This document shows positions 46,170-59,945 of a stretch of 64,000 bases of DNA, one piece after another. The notes beneath the pieces are model-generated. The model ran no database searches. It worked only from the letters and a program-made list of their open reading frames with translations, and was not told where the DNA came from. The stretch is taken from NCBI RefSeq assembly GCF_009914755.1, contig NC_060942.1; one strand, 5' to 3'. The stretch's first letter is position 1. Each line of letters opens with the position of its first letter. Source of the DNA: the human T2T-CHM13v2.0 reference genome, Homo sapiens. Made by a program: the position numbers and the translations under genes.

Positions 46170-46896
46170 TCAAAGGGATTTTATTTTCAAAGCTTATTTA
46201 AAAAGTGAAAAGAGGCTTGCATGATTATGTCTTTTATATAGCATTCCTGAGCTATTTATCAAGGTGCATAATTGAAGAAACATGATAACAGCTGGTACTG
46301 GCTAGGAATTACTGTACTTAATTAAAAAGTAGATGTAGATCCTGGCAGCTTTGGTTTCACAACATACCTGTTCTACCCACTGAGGGGAATTTAAATTCCA
46401 CTTAGTACGATCAGTACATCAATACACAAAAGTATGTTGTAAGGAGATACTCCCCAGGAAGGTAGAAGACCATCTACAGTTGAAGGGAAAATGGACAAAG
46501 AACAGTAATTATTTTTATTCAAATTAGTTTTTAAAATTTTTTAAGTTGTGTTAGTTTTGACTATCAAAATATATGTTCATTTTTATATTTAGAGAATTAG
46601 TAAACGCCTAGGAAACAAATGATATTTACCCATAGAGCTACAACAGTACAACAAACCACTGTTAAAACACTATTGCATTTCCTTCCATTTTTATATATGC
46701 ATATATACATTTTAATTCTTGAAAAACTGTGATTATGTTATATATTCAGTTTTTGGGTAAGGGTTAAGTTTTGGTTTGGGTTTATACACCAATTCAAAGT
46801 CAAGGTCATATCTATAAAAACTTTATCTTATTTCCTGAACTATTTTTACAAAACATGATTTTAAAAGCTATATAACATTTAATTATATAGTTATGG

Positions 46897-47195
46897 TTTT
46901 TGTTTTGTTTTGTTTGAGACGGAGTCTCACTCTGTTGCCCAGGCTGGAGTGTAATGGCACGATCTCAGCTCACTGCAACTTCCACCTCCCGGGTTCAAGC
47001 AATTCTCTGCCTCAGCCTTCCAAGTAGCTGGAATTACAGGTGCCCACCACCACGCCTGGCTAATTTTTTGTCTTTTTAATACAGACGGAATTTCACCATC
47101 TTGGCCAGGCTGGTCTTGAACTCCTGACCTTGTGATATGCCCGCCTTGGCCTTCCAAAGTGCTGGGATGACAAGTGTGAGCCACTGTGCCTGGCC
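46897..47195 (-). mobile_element. AluS (Sg-like) within degraded L1M sequence
   Basis: Full dimer; TSD agttatggtttt/agttatgttttt. Confidence 0.92.
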
Positions 47196-47740
47196 GAGTT
47201 ATGTTTTTTTTTTTTTAACTCTTTTCTTCATTGTAAATACGTAGGTGGTTTTTAAGATTTTTTTTTTCCTTTCATACATTGTTAGGTCTCTCTATTAAAA
47301 GAAATCTCTAAAAGTAGACTTCAGGGGTTAAAACATTTATATATCATAAAAGCATTTTTACATTATTACAAAATTGTTTTCCAGACCGTTAGTACTCCCA
47401 TCAATGGTGCATAAAAGTGTCTATTTCATTAAAAATTAACATAATTTAATATTAAAATTTTTCTCTATCCAATTCTTGAAAAATTATAAAATTTTATTAT
47501 TTTAATGTGTATTTTTAACACTAATGAGATTGCACAGTTTTGTACATGTACCTTCTTTTTGCAAATTATTTTTATATTCAATTTGCTTATTTTTCAATAG
47601 GGGATGTTAGTTTTTTCATATTAATCTATAAACACACAAGATATGAAACATATTAAGTGATAATTTTTGAAATATCTCCTCAATTTTAATTCCTAGTTTA
47701 ATTTTATTCAGAGCGCTTTTTGACACTAGTTCGTACAATA

Positions 47741-48074
47741 CAGTCAGGCAATGAGAACATATTCTGGGAATTGCTTCATTAGATGACTTTGTGTGAACAT
47801 CAACAGAGTATACTTATACACACCTAAGTGGTCTAGCCAACTACACACCTAGGCTATGGAGTATAGCCTATTACTCCTGCACTGCAAACCTGTCATGGCA
47901 TATGACTCTACTGAATAGTGTAGGCAATTTTGGAACAACAGTACGTATTTTTGTAACTAAACATATCTGAACATAGAAAAGATCGAATAAAAATATGGTA
48001 TTATAACCTTAAAGGGCCACCATTGTGTATGTGGTCTGTCGTTGACTAAAATGTTGTTATGGAGCAAATGACTG
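47741..48074 (-). mobile_element. Tigger3a (MER7A)-like MITE
   Basis: TA|cagtca ... tgactg|TA ends; internal ctacacacctaggcta...tatagcctatt. Confidence 0.85.
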
Positions 48075-48089
48075 TAGCAACTGAAAGGT

Positions 48090-50265
48090 TGCTATGGACT
48101 TCACACTATTCTGAGCACTGGTAATCTAGAAATGAACAAAAAGTCGAAACTCTAGACTTTGTAAAACTTGAACAAAACAGTAAAAAATCCTGGCCTTCAG
48201 GAAGTTTTAATTTTAGTTCAGAAGAAAGACAACAAATTTTGAAAACTGATATATTAGGAGGTGATAAATGCTATGGATAAAAGTGATAACAGCAAAGAGA
48301 AATAAAAGATGCTAGGGATGGAGGTTGTGATTTTCAGCAGGATTATCAGGGAGGATGACATCTGAGCAAACACTTGAAAGAGGTTGGAGGTGAACCAGGC
48401 AGAAGAAATAGTGAGTACAAAAGCCTACAGGTTAGATGCCACCCAGGCTTAAGGAATAGGAAAAATGCTAGCGTGGCTGAAATCAATTGAGATTGGGATT
48501 TCATTGACGAGTTATGGGTCCCAGAACACTAAGGGCCTGGTGTAAACTTTTTGGCATTCACTTTGAGTGAGAAATGGACCATTGGTGAATTTTACGTAGG
48601 TAAGTGCTATGATCTGACTTATAAGCTCATTCTGGATGGTGGATTGGGAACAGGTGGAAGCTATTGCAATAATCTAAACAAAAGCTTGAACAGGGTGATA
48701 GTAATCTAGAATAAACACAGCCCCTATATACATTGAGAAACAAGTGACAGGAGTTACTCAAAGCAAGGTTTGGAAGGTGAATATGAAGCAATGACAACTC
48801 TGGATTTTTTTATGTTTATTTTAAGTTCAGGGACAATGTGCTGGTTTGTAATATGGGTAAACTTGTGTGGTGGGGGGTTGTTGTACAGATTATCTCATCA
48901 CCCTGGTATTAAACCTAGTAGCCATTTGTTATTTTTCCTGATCCTCTTCCTCCTCCTCCCACCCCCCATCCTCCGATAGGCCCAGTGTGTGTTGTTCCCC
49001 TCTATGTGTCCATGTGTTCTCATCATTTGGCTCCCACTTATAAATGAGAACATGCGGTATTTGATTTTCTGTTCCTGCATTAGTCTGATAAAGATAATGG
49101 TCTCCAGATCCATCCATGTTCCTGCAGAGGACATGATCTTATTCTTTTTTTCTTTTTGACTGCATAGCATTCTATGATATATATGTACCACATTTTCCTT
49201 TTCCAGTCTACCATTGGTGGGTATTTAGGTTGATTCTATGTCTTTGCTATTGTGAATAGTGCTGCAATGAACATAAAACTCTAGAGTGTTTAACCTGCAA
49301 CTAGAAGGATGGAGTTGTCACTAACATAGATGAGAATGACTTCAGGAGGAACAGATTCAGGGGGAGAAACATGAGGAGCTGAGTTTTAGACGTGTCAAAT
49401 TTGTGTCTTATTAGACATCCATGTAGACGACCAGTAGTCATTTGGAAAAAAGTGACTTTAGGAGAGAAGTCAGAGCTAGAGCTACTCATGTGGGAATCAT
49501 CAGCAAATAGGTAGTATATAAAGCCATGAAATTAGGTGAGATTAAATAATCATCGATATAAAAAGAAAAGATAAACAAAGGCTGAGCTCTGGGGAACTTC
49601 AACCAGCAGAAGAATGAGAAGTAGCCATTTAGGAGGAGGAAAGATAGGAGACTTCTGAAATACAAGGAAAGAAATATTTCAAGAGAGGAGAGAATAATTG
49701 CTAGGGTCAAATACTGGTGAGAGATTGGATAAGAGGGAGACTGACATTCAGGTGTGATGTGATTATGACAACATGGAAGTCTTCAGTGACTTTGACAAGA
49801 GGAGTTTGGAATTTGGAATGAGAGCCTCTTAGAACAAATTTGAAGGAAAATAGGAGGAAACAATTTGGAGACAACAGCTAAAAACACTAGGGAAGAGTTT
49901 TGTTGGAAAGGGAAATAGTGGTAGTTAGAGGAGAAATGAGTTGAGGGAAGGATTTGTTTTAGATAGGAGTAATATAGCATATTTTTCTGTTGATGAGGAA
50001 GATCTAGAGAGAATAAAAAAGATTCAAAATAGAAAAATATTTAATGGAGCAACATACTGAGTTGGAGAGAGACCCTAGGGTCTACTGTAAAATAGGGATT
50101 TGGCTTTAGAAAGGAGCATGAACAGTTTATTGACAGTAACATAAGTGGAGAAAGAAGATGTGAAAATCAATGCTAACAGATGAGGAGAACATGGTAGACA
50201 CTTGGAAGTCTTCTGATTGCTTCTGTTTTCTCAGCAAAATAAAAGGCAATTTCATCAGCTGAGAG
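48090..50265 (-). mobile_element. Long degraded L2 interrupted by an L1
   Basis: gacatctgagcaaacacttgaaagagg, gagttttagacgtgtcaaatttg and tctgattgcttctgttttctcag. Confidence 0.7.
48805..49275 (-). mobile_element. L1 3' end (about L1PA13)
   Basis: 3' UTR tttattttaagttcaggg...cccctctatgtgtccatgtgttctcatc; TSD aactctgga/aactctaga. Confidence 0.88.
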
Positions 50266-50594
50266 TGACACATGCTTTACTTTTAAATGGGGCAAATCTG
50301 TCGTGCCCATTTTTTTTTTTTTTTTTTTGTAATTTCTTCCATAACTTTTCAGCTTAGGAATCCTCTTCCATTTTGAGGTCAGCTTTTAAAATCCCTGTAT
50401 TTTCTCTAAGGTTTTGAATGCTATATATATTTTTTAATTTTTGAGGGATAATCATCAAATAATCAAGTCTAAGCAAGACACTAAACCCAGAATCTATAAA
50501 TAAGCAATTGATAAAAGTTACTATTTAATAATATTTATGCTTGGCAAGAATATACTATAAGCAAGGTTCAAAGATCAACCTAAAACTAAAACTG

Positions 50595-50996
50595 CATCAG
50601 CTGGACTGTACTTGTGACTTGCTCTGGCTAACAGAATGTGACAGCATGCCAGTTGTAATCCTAGGTCTCAAGAGTCTGTGCTTCCATGTTATCTCTTGGA
50701 AACCTGTAACTACCATATGAACAAGCCCAGGTTAGGTTCCCAGAGAGTGAAAGAACACATGGAGGAGAAATCAGTTGCCCTAGCTGTGTTTCCAGACATG
50801 TGAGAGCACATATCCTCTACACAGCCACATTTGAATAAAACCGTAGAGTCAGCCCAGCAAAGACCAGAAAACTGACACACCTGAGTCTGGTCTAAGTCAT
50901 TAGCTTGCAGACTCGTGAGCTAAATAGTGGTTGTTACTACTTTTAAGCCAACTAAAGTTTAGTGGGCTTGTTCTGCAAACATAGCTAACTCATACA
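50595..50996 (+). mobile_element. MLT1G/H-type MaLR LTR
   Basis: gtgactttgctctggctaacagaatgtg...ttttaagcca...atagctaactcataca. Confidence 0.65.
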
Positions 50997-52238
50997 TTTG
51001 CATGAGTATTTCTAAGTATTGGAGAGAGAATAGAACAAGCTGACACAGGGTCCTCAACAGTCTACAGAAAGAGTTAATTCTATAGTGATAGTCAACTTAA
51101 AGCTGATGTTAATTATAAGGCTAAGTGTGAGCTTAAGACACCATTCCCCAAATTGTCCTCCATCAATAATAGTCCTACCAGATTCTCATGACAAGGGGGG
51201 TCGCTACGATAAAATAATTTTTTAAAAGGGTGCACACTACATTATACTACTAGAGCCTGTCGATATACATTAATATATAAAGCCTCTAACAAGTGGTTAG
51301 TTCATGGCCTGAAATCTAGTGATCATTCAACAAACGCTCAAGTACTTATAATCTTTATCATCATCAGCAGCAGCATCATTCTTTATTTACTGGCTACAAA
51401 TTAAATCTCAATTCAGAAACTTGAAACTTTATAGTTAATTGATTAGTCTCTCAGATTCTTGCAGTCAGTTGACTTTAATTTTTAGTCTAGATTTAAAATA
51501 ATTTTATAAAGTTACAAAACATTTGATTTCATAATTTTGGACATTTAAAGAAAAAAATGAACGTGGATTGCTATGATGCTAGTAATTATACAGCACATAT
51601 TTCTTTCAAAAGTAGGTTGTAAGTAAGTAGATGCAATTTCTATTAATAGCCTATAGAACTAGAGTTTTGTGAAACTCTGGAATTCTCTACTCTGAGGTGA
51701 TGATGGCTAAATGAAAAATGTCACAGGTGAAATACTCTGCTCTTTTAAAGACTGAACAAGGAAAAGGCAGATAAAAGTTAATTATCTTACTTCCCACCAA
51801 AGACATGAAGAACCATGAAACAAAGTTTTAAAGTAACTCTGAGAGTTCCCTTACAAATCCAGTTGTGATAGGTGTTAGTGGTTATGCATTGTAACAAAGA
51901 ATCTTTACTGGGGAAGAAAGGAAGAGAGATTTCTCAGTTCAATTTAATCTATAAAAGTAGTCACCTTTCTTGGAACACATGATCATAAACACGGGTTTCA
52001 TCTCATGTTTTCTAATTTAAGCTTTTCCCATTTTTTAAATTCATCCTTTTTGGCATTTGATTCTAATTGATTATTCTGTATTTGTGTGTTTTTATTCTGC
52101 CTTTACTTGGTAATCAATTGTTACAAATCCATTAATTTTTTACCTTATAGCCATTCTTAAATGTAATCTAAGCACTAAAACACTTAGTAATACTTACTGG
52201 GCAACAGAAATAAGAAATGCCCTAGATTTTGATGTTTA

Positions 52239-52973
52239 CAGTAGTACCCCTTTCTCCACACTTTCTCTCTTCTTGGTTTCAGCTACCCAGGGGCAACCAC
52301 AGTTTAAAAATATTAAACAGAAAAATCCAGAGATAACCAATTCATACGTTTTAAATTGTATGTCGTTCTAAGGAACATGATGGAATCTTAAGTCATCCAT
52401 CCTGTCCTTCCTGGACATGAATCATTCCTTCTCCCAGCATCTACATGCTGGGTGTCCACCTGTTACTCACATAGTAGCCATCTTGGTTAACAGATCTACT
52501 GTTGTGGTGGGCAGTGCTTGCGTTCAAGTCACCCCAACCATGGATACCCTTTTCTCCTAACATCCAACCATGGAAAATGTCATGGCTACATGATCCAAGA
52601 TCACCTGAAGCAGATGCTCTTCCTGAGATATTATCGAAAGGTCCATAGTAGCATAACGCTGTGTCACGATGCCTGTGTCATGTTATGCTATGTCATTCAC
52701 CTCAGTATGCAGGCATTTTATCATCTCACAAGAAGAAGCATGCATACAGTAAAATAAAATATTTTGAGAGAGAGAGGCCACATTCAATTCACTTACTTAT
52801 ATTACAGTATATTATAATTATTTCATTTTATTTTTAGTTATTGTGGTTAATCTCTTACTGTGCTTTATTTACAAATTAAACTTTAGTGTAGGTATGTATG
52901 TATAGGAAAAAACATAATATGCATAAGGGTTGGTATCCATGGTTTTCGGCATCCACTGGAGGGTCTTAAGAAC
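52239..52973 (+). mobile_element. MER44 (Tigger7-derived), right end lost
   Basis: TA|cagtagtacccc..., ttttgagagagagaggccacattc, ggcatccactggagggtctt. Confidence 0.8.
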
Positions 52974-53063
52974 TTGGAACACAGAAGATGTAACATATCT
53001 GGGGATAATAATTCAGCTTACGGCATTTAGATATAAGATCCAATTAACACTAGTCATAGGGAT

Positions 53064-53085
53064 TGTGGAATAAGCTTATTCCACA
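53064..53085. repeat. Perfect 22-bp palindrome
   Basis: tgtggaataag|cttattccaca, no spacer. Confidence 0.95.
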
Positions 53086-53131
53086 GGTTACCCAAACCCC
53101 CTATTCTTGCAAATATCTTTTTATCAGCTTC

Positions 53132-53827
<696 letters not shown>

Positions 53828-54059
53828 GCTTCCTTCTTATTTTTCTCCTTACCCATATTATGTAACTTCTTTGTTCTCCATCTGTTAAATAAGAATAATA
53901 AAACCCTTTGAAACAATGCTAGGAGCATAGTAAACTTAATGAATATTGTCTGACACTATGTTAGACCATCTATTATAGTCTGGGTCTGTGAAATGAAGAG
54001 AATTATCAAGGGTGGAGAATAAACTGGAAAAAATAAAGCAAATGCTGCTAAACACAAAC

Positions 54060-54750
54060 TAGTCTATAGTCTAGCAGTTAAGAGAACAGGCTCTAGAGTC
54101 AGAATCAAATGCAGCCCTCTTGTTGCAGGGCAGGCAAGCCTCCAAACTGGGGCATAACCTAGATGGTTCTTAGCTTCACCCAGGAAAGAATTCAAGGGTT
54201 AGCCAGTGGTGTTTGACAGCAACTTCGATAGGAGTGGCAGCGTAGAGCAGCAGCAGCGGTACCACTCCTTGCAGAGCTGGGCTACCCCATAGGCAGCGTG
54301 CCCAGAGCAGCAGCTCAGAGGCAGGTCTGCAGTCATATTTATACCTACTTTTAAGTGCATGCAAATGAAGGGGCAGGTTATTCAGAATTTTCTAGAAAAG
54401 GGGTGTACTTCTGGGCGGCTGTCATGGAAAAGGGCAGTAACTTCTGGGCTTTGCCATGGCAATGGAAAACTGACATAGCCCTGGTGGGAATGTCTTATGG
54501 AAAGGTACTTTTACCGTCTCCTGTTTCAGCTAGTCTTCAATCTGGTCCAGAGTCGAGTCCCTGCCTCTTAACCTCACTGTGACTTATAAACCACATGACT
54601 TTAGTAACTGCTTTATCATCTCACATTTTAAGCTTTATATTCCTCATAAGACCATAATCCTCATAAGGTGGTTGTAAGGATCAAGAGAGAGAATGCAGAA
54701 AGAGCACCATGGAGGTACTTGGCACATGGTGGTATTGGACAACCAGCAGC
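54060..54750 (+). mobile_element. MIR interrupted by an LTR
   Basis: gttaagagaacaggctctagagtcaga before the LTR; ctcataaggtggttgtaaggatcaa...cttggcacatgg after it. Confidence 0.6.
54121..54576 (-). mobile_element. ERV1 solo LTR (MER66-like)
   Basis: TG...CA ends and 4-bp TSD ctct/ctgt; the minus strand begins tgaggttaagaggcagggactcgactctggaccagattgaagactagctgaaacagg. Confidence 0.75.
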
Positions 54751-54959
54751 CACTCTCAGTATTAATCATTTTCAGGATCATAAATAATCCATTGCATTTA
54801 CACTTAATTCTCTCATGCTTTGATTTTCATCCAAAGAAGTGAATAAATATTTATTAAACCAAACATGGTTTTATTTCTTTAAAAATGATTAGCCAAAGAA
54901 ATGCATCCTTTTTGGTTAGAAAAAGAAAATAATGACTCTATAAATATACTGTGAACTCT

Positions 54960-55170
54960 AAGAGTGAGCCCTGACTCAGACTATGGAGTTTGGGTGAGAA
55001 TGACATGTCAAGGTAGGATCATAGATTGTAACAAATATACCACTCTAGTGTGGGATGTCAATAGTGAGGGAAGTCTGTGGATATACAGGGGGAGGAGGTA
55101 TATGAGATAACTCTGTGCCTTCTGTTCAATTTTACTGTGAAACTAAAATGGCTCCAAAAAATAAAACTTA
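54960..55170 (+). mobile_element. L1MC-type 3' end
   Basis: gattgtaacaaatataccactctagtgtgggatgtcaatagtg...ttcaattttactgtgaaactaaaa. Confidence 0.7.
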
Positions 55171-55759
55171 TCACAAAAAGTATTTTGGAATCCCTTTTTA
55201 TATATTTTATAATGTAAAGGGACAAAAGGAAAGAAATATTTCTGAATTGCTATAAAGAAATCTACTACCAAGTTTATCTTCTATCAAAATGGAGAGAATA
55301 ACATCTAAGTATACATTTTGGATGTTTTATTTGTCTCTAGATTTCTAAACACGACAATGTCATTTGCTTTTACCTAACTTTCTTTGAATTGAAATTATAT
55401 TCATGATGAAATAAAACTCACTCTAGAACCAATGCGATAGTTCTCAGAAAAGTGAAATTATTCCTTTTCTTTGTGCTATAGATGCCTTTAACAAGCTTCG
55501 ATCTGCAGTTCACTCATCTTTTTAATAGCAGAGACTTTGGGGAACGAATGAAAATAATTGTATATCCAGTGAAAGAAAAATTGGGTAGGAGTCACTGGAC
55601 TACCATGCTTTATTTATTCAGTTAAATCCATAGTTCCCTTTGCCAAAAATTCTCCAGAAAAAAAACAAAGGGGAATTAGGGTGGCTATTCAGCAAATTTT
55701 TTTATGAGCTTCTTTTGACTATACTTGCCATTAAGTGGAGATTTGTTAGGAGAAAAAAT

Positions 55760-55760
<1 letters not shown>

Positions 55761-55810
<50 letters not shown>
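55761..55810. repeat. (TAGA)12 tetranucleotide STR
   Basis: 12 uninterrupted TAGA units at 55761-55808. Confidence 0.97.
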
Positions 55811-55811
55811 T

Positions 55812-56105
55812 AGTCTGGGCATCGTGGCTCATGGCATTCTGGGAGGCCGAAGTGGATGTCACATGAGCTCAGGAGTTCAAGACCAGCCTGGGCAACATGA
55901 TGAAACTCCATCTCTACAAAAATAAATAAATAAATAAAAAATTAGCCAGGCATGGTGGAATACACCTGTAGTCCCAAGTATTTGGGAGGCTGAAGTGGGA
56001 GGATTACTTGAGCCCAGGAGAGGTGGAAGTTGCAGTGAGCTAGGCCACTGCACTCCAGCCTGGGCGACAGAGCCAGACCCTGGCTCATAAAAAAAGAAAG
56101 AAAGA
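55812..56105 (+). mobile_element. AluJ
   Basis: gagttcaagaccagcctgggcaacat; gtgggaggattacttgagcccagg. Confidence 0.9.
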
Positions 56106-58404
56106 AATGTATTTCTCAACATCTTCAGTGTTCTACAGACAAACTAACCAGCATAAAATGAACTTAATATCTCCAGAGTTATGTGTTTAACTTTATATCT
56201 CTATCAGAATCTTTGTTATTTCCATTATCAGAAATATCATTCTTTGTAAGGGGGAAAGAAAGAATTCCAGGTATCTTTTCTGAAGGTAAAAAGACATAAT
56301 AACAGTCCCTTAAATTCACACTCTAATTGTACCTGTTTTAATGAGCCTTCCTGAATATAGCAATGTCAGCATGCCATTTTATAAAGGATAAAATTATACT
56401 TTCTACTTGCTGAATTATTAATGATATTTAATTTCTCCAGCATTCACCTTTGATTTAAGAGTCATAATCAGAAATACATTTGTTAATTCACAGTAACAGA
56501 AATGGAAGAATTAGCCAACCACATTCTTCAATATGTATACCCAACCTTCGCACTACCCTAAGGACCTGTTTCAAACCAAGCATGTTATTTAGAAAAACGC
56601 AGGGAAATGAGAAGCGTAGCCTTGAAGTTTAACTTCAGGGCGGTAAAGAAGCAATGTTGTTTTGAGGATACCGAAGAAGTGAGGCAAAACCCTTTCAAGT
56701 GCAAACAATCCCGTTTTAAGCATATATTTGTCACCCTAGAGTTCACCAGAAAGGATAAACAGGATTTTACACCAGATATCAACATATATACTTAAAATGA
56801 GTATCAGAGTATTTTCTCAAGGCAGCCAAAAGCAATCCTTCCATTTCTGGCACTGGAGTTGGTTTAACTAAAGGAATAAAAGGATAGAGTGACCACATTT
56901 TTAAAAAACAAAGATAACCTGAGACATCTCTGAACAATAGAATTATCTCTTTAAAGGTAATTTCTGTAAAAATCTTAGTGGTTGTGTGACTTTATATAAC
57001 CTCTCTAATCCTGCAAGATTGCATATGCAAAATCGTTCTTCTCTTTAAAGGAATAGGATCAGACTAATTTAAGCCAGAAAAAGAGAATTTATTGTAATCT
57101 ACAGGGACTCAGAGGGTCAAAAGAAAAGAGAGCAATCAGACCTTGAGAAGGCCAAGTGCGAGGGTAGCTTTGGAGGGCTCAACAAGCAGGAAGCACAGAC
57201 CACCCTTTAGCTTCCTAGTTGAGACCATTTAGCTTTAGTTCCTCATTCCCTTGGGGACCACTGCTCAAAATTCATATAATTGGAAGATAATTCATCAGCA
57301 CTAGCTTGGGACATGATTATTTCCCTGTGGTAAGCTTAGAGAGTTGGGGGTGAGGGGTGGGGACAAGAATGGAAAGGGGTAGAGGGGAGGATAGTTTTAT
57401 TCAGGATACAAGTGTGAGTCACACCAGATCCCAGAGATGGAGGCAGGGTGGGACATCAAATGAGAGGCAAATGCTTGCATCGGCAGAAGGAAGGGGATAC
57501 CTGTGTGTATGTCTGGGGACCCTGCTATCCCCTAACACCCCCACAAAAAAAGGACAAAATTCAAATAACCTACTTTGCAGAGTGACAAAAACATAGTCCT
57601 CAATAAATGTTAATCATAATGATGTATTTGGATAGGCCTAGAATAAATAAACTCAAGAACACATTTGATTTGGAAAGCGTGTCTTATTCGTGCCCTCAAG
57701 AAATCGTTTCAAGTATTTTCACCTAAACTATTTTTCAGTTTCTCTATACTTTTCGGAAAAAGAATCATCTTCTACCTTAGCAGGAAATACAAGGCAAGAA
57801 CTCCGTCAGAGCAGGTTCAAAGTTAAGCAGAAATGTCCTACATGTCACATTCATCTTCAGTGCACAAGCTCCACAAAATTCTCCTAGAGTCTTTCCACCT
57901 TCAGAGGGAAGTTGCCTTAGTAATTCCACCCCCAAGCCAGGAGCCACTGATCTCCTCACTCAGCTTCTATCAAAACCTCTCTTGGGTACTTTCTCTGTAC
58001 TGTTTATATTTTAACAGAAATAAGAAATAAGGGGGAGGGGGGCAAGCTCTGACCTTGGAATTCCAACAGTTCTGAGGGGACAGGTTTCGACAAGTGAAGA
58101 GTCTTTCTGGTCCTCTATTGGGTTGTCACCACTTGGGAGAAAGAATTCCTAGGGAACAAACAAATTGCCACAAATAACAGCCTGCTCTAATAGAAGCCAT
58201 TCTTCTTGCCTGCAAAATCAGTGTGGAATTAAAATTTTCCCAAGTAATTCTGTTTTGAGTTGCTCATCTACCAGCTCCTCCAGTCTGTTTTCAGAGCCCA
58301 GTCATCGCATGACAGCACTGAAATACCTTATGCAACCTGCATTCTGCTACCAGCCTACTCTGGGTCATGCCCTCTGTGTTTGTTCCCTTGTATTTTGGTG
58401 ATTG

Positions 58405-58700
58405 TGCTTCCTTCCTTCCCTCCTTCCCTCCTTTACTCCCTCCCTTCCTTCCTTTCCTCCCTCCCTGCCTCCCTCCTCCTTCCCTGCCTCCCTCCCTCTG
58501 TCCCTCCCTCCCTCCCTTCCTTCCTTTCTCTCCTCCCTCCCTCCCCTGTCTCCTCCCTCCCTCCTCTTTCCCTCCCCTCTCTCCTCCCTCCCTTCCTTCC
58601 CTCTCTCTCTCCCTCTCTTCTTATCCTCCCTTCCTCCTTCCTTCCATCCCTTCTTGTTTTTCTACCCTCCTTTCTTCTTGCTTTCTTTCTCATTTTTAAC
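58405..58700. repeat. Polypyrimidine/polypurine (CCTT/CCCT) tract
   Basis: About 300 bp of nearly pure C/T on the + strand. Confidence 0.95.
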
Positions 58701-59612
58701 TAGGCACAGAAAAATTCTATACAAAATCTGGATTTGAGGAAGATGTAGTAGAGTGTAATAAAATTATTTAAGGAGGTAAGATTTACAGTGTCTGGAGCTG
58801 AGTCAGTCACTAACTATCTGGGGGATGAGAAAAAAAAAATCTCTTAAGCTTTCTGAGCCTCAGTTTTCTCATAACTAAACAAAGACGGTTGTTTAAAACA
58901 ATAATTCACCAATGCCCTTCCACCCCAGCCAGTTCTATGCCAGGCAGTAATAGAATTTCCTGTTTAGCTTTGGTGGTAGGTGATCTTTTAAAATTACAAG
59001 CCACCTATTTTCCTTATAACCAAGATGCTGTAAGGTCCCTCCCTGTGCTCTGCTGTGAAGAATCCCTTCACTAGTGTCACTGGATGTTACCAGTGCAGTG
59101 AAGTGTTCCTTTCTTCAGGGGCTTCTGGGCAAAATCAAGGTTGGGAACCACTGGTCTAGACTAGCTCCAAAGTTCTTTCCAGCTCTGACATGGATTCTCA
59201 GTAGGTTTGAGTTGGTCACATTCCTTAAGGATTAATCAAAGACTCCTCTCATTCTAAGAGAAGATTATATGTCAAGAACATACACTTGGGTTATCACAGC
59301 TTTTAGAGGAGGAAATAAATTATAAATAGCACAGGACTAGGATAACTCAAGCAAAATTGCTTCCTTCATATGGCTCTCTTCTCTTCTCTTTCTTGTATCC
59401 CATGTGTAGCTACTATAGTAGGACCTCTCTCTGCTTTTAGAAAGCAGAGTGGGACCAGGGAAGGCTTCAGAGAAATGAAAGCATGGACTAGTCTACTCAC
59501 AGACTCTTGTACCACAGTCATAGAATAACAGAGCTCAGTAGCATAGGAGGAGGAGAAGCCAACCAGGGATTCAGGGCTGAAACCCAGGTGAGCATGAACA
59601 TCATACGTCTAA

Positions 59613-59945
59613 GGCCAGGCGTGGTGGCTCTCGCCTGTAATCCTAGCACTTTGGGAGGCCGAGGCAGGTGGATCACCTGAGTTCGAGACCAGCATGGCCA
59701 ACATGGCAAAACCCTGTCTCTACTAAAAATACAAAAATTAGCCAGGCTATTTTTTCCCAGCTACTCAGGATATTATAGCCGGACTGTATTATCCCAGCTA
59801 CTCGGGAGGGTGAGGCAGGAGAGTCGCTTGAACCTAGGGAGCAGATGTTGCAGTGAGCCAATATCACACCAATTCACTTCAGCCTGGGCAAAAGAGCAAA
59901 ACTCTGTCTCTAAATAAATAAACAAACAAATAAATAAAAATAAAG
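59613..59945 (+). mobile_element. AluS with internal deletion and duplication
   Basis: cacctgag|ttcgag lacks gtcaggag; tcccagctactc occurs twice, 37 bp apart. Confidence 0.9.

Noticed and set aside
58260-58737. Pro/Ser/Leu-rich and Arg/Glu/Gly-rich ORFs
   Set aside because: Artefacts of a stop-poor polypyrimidine tract; the same applies to 24002-24309.
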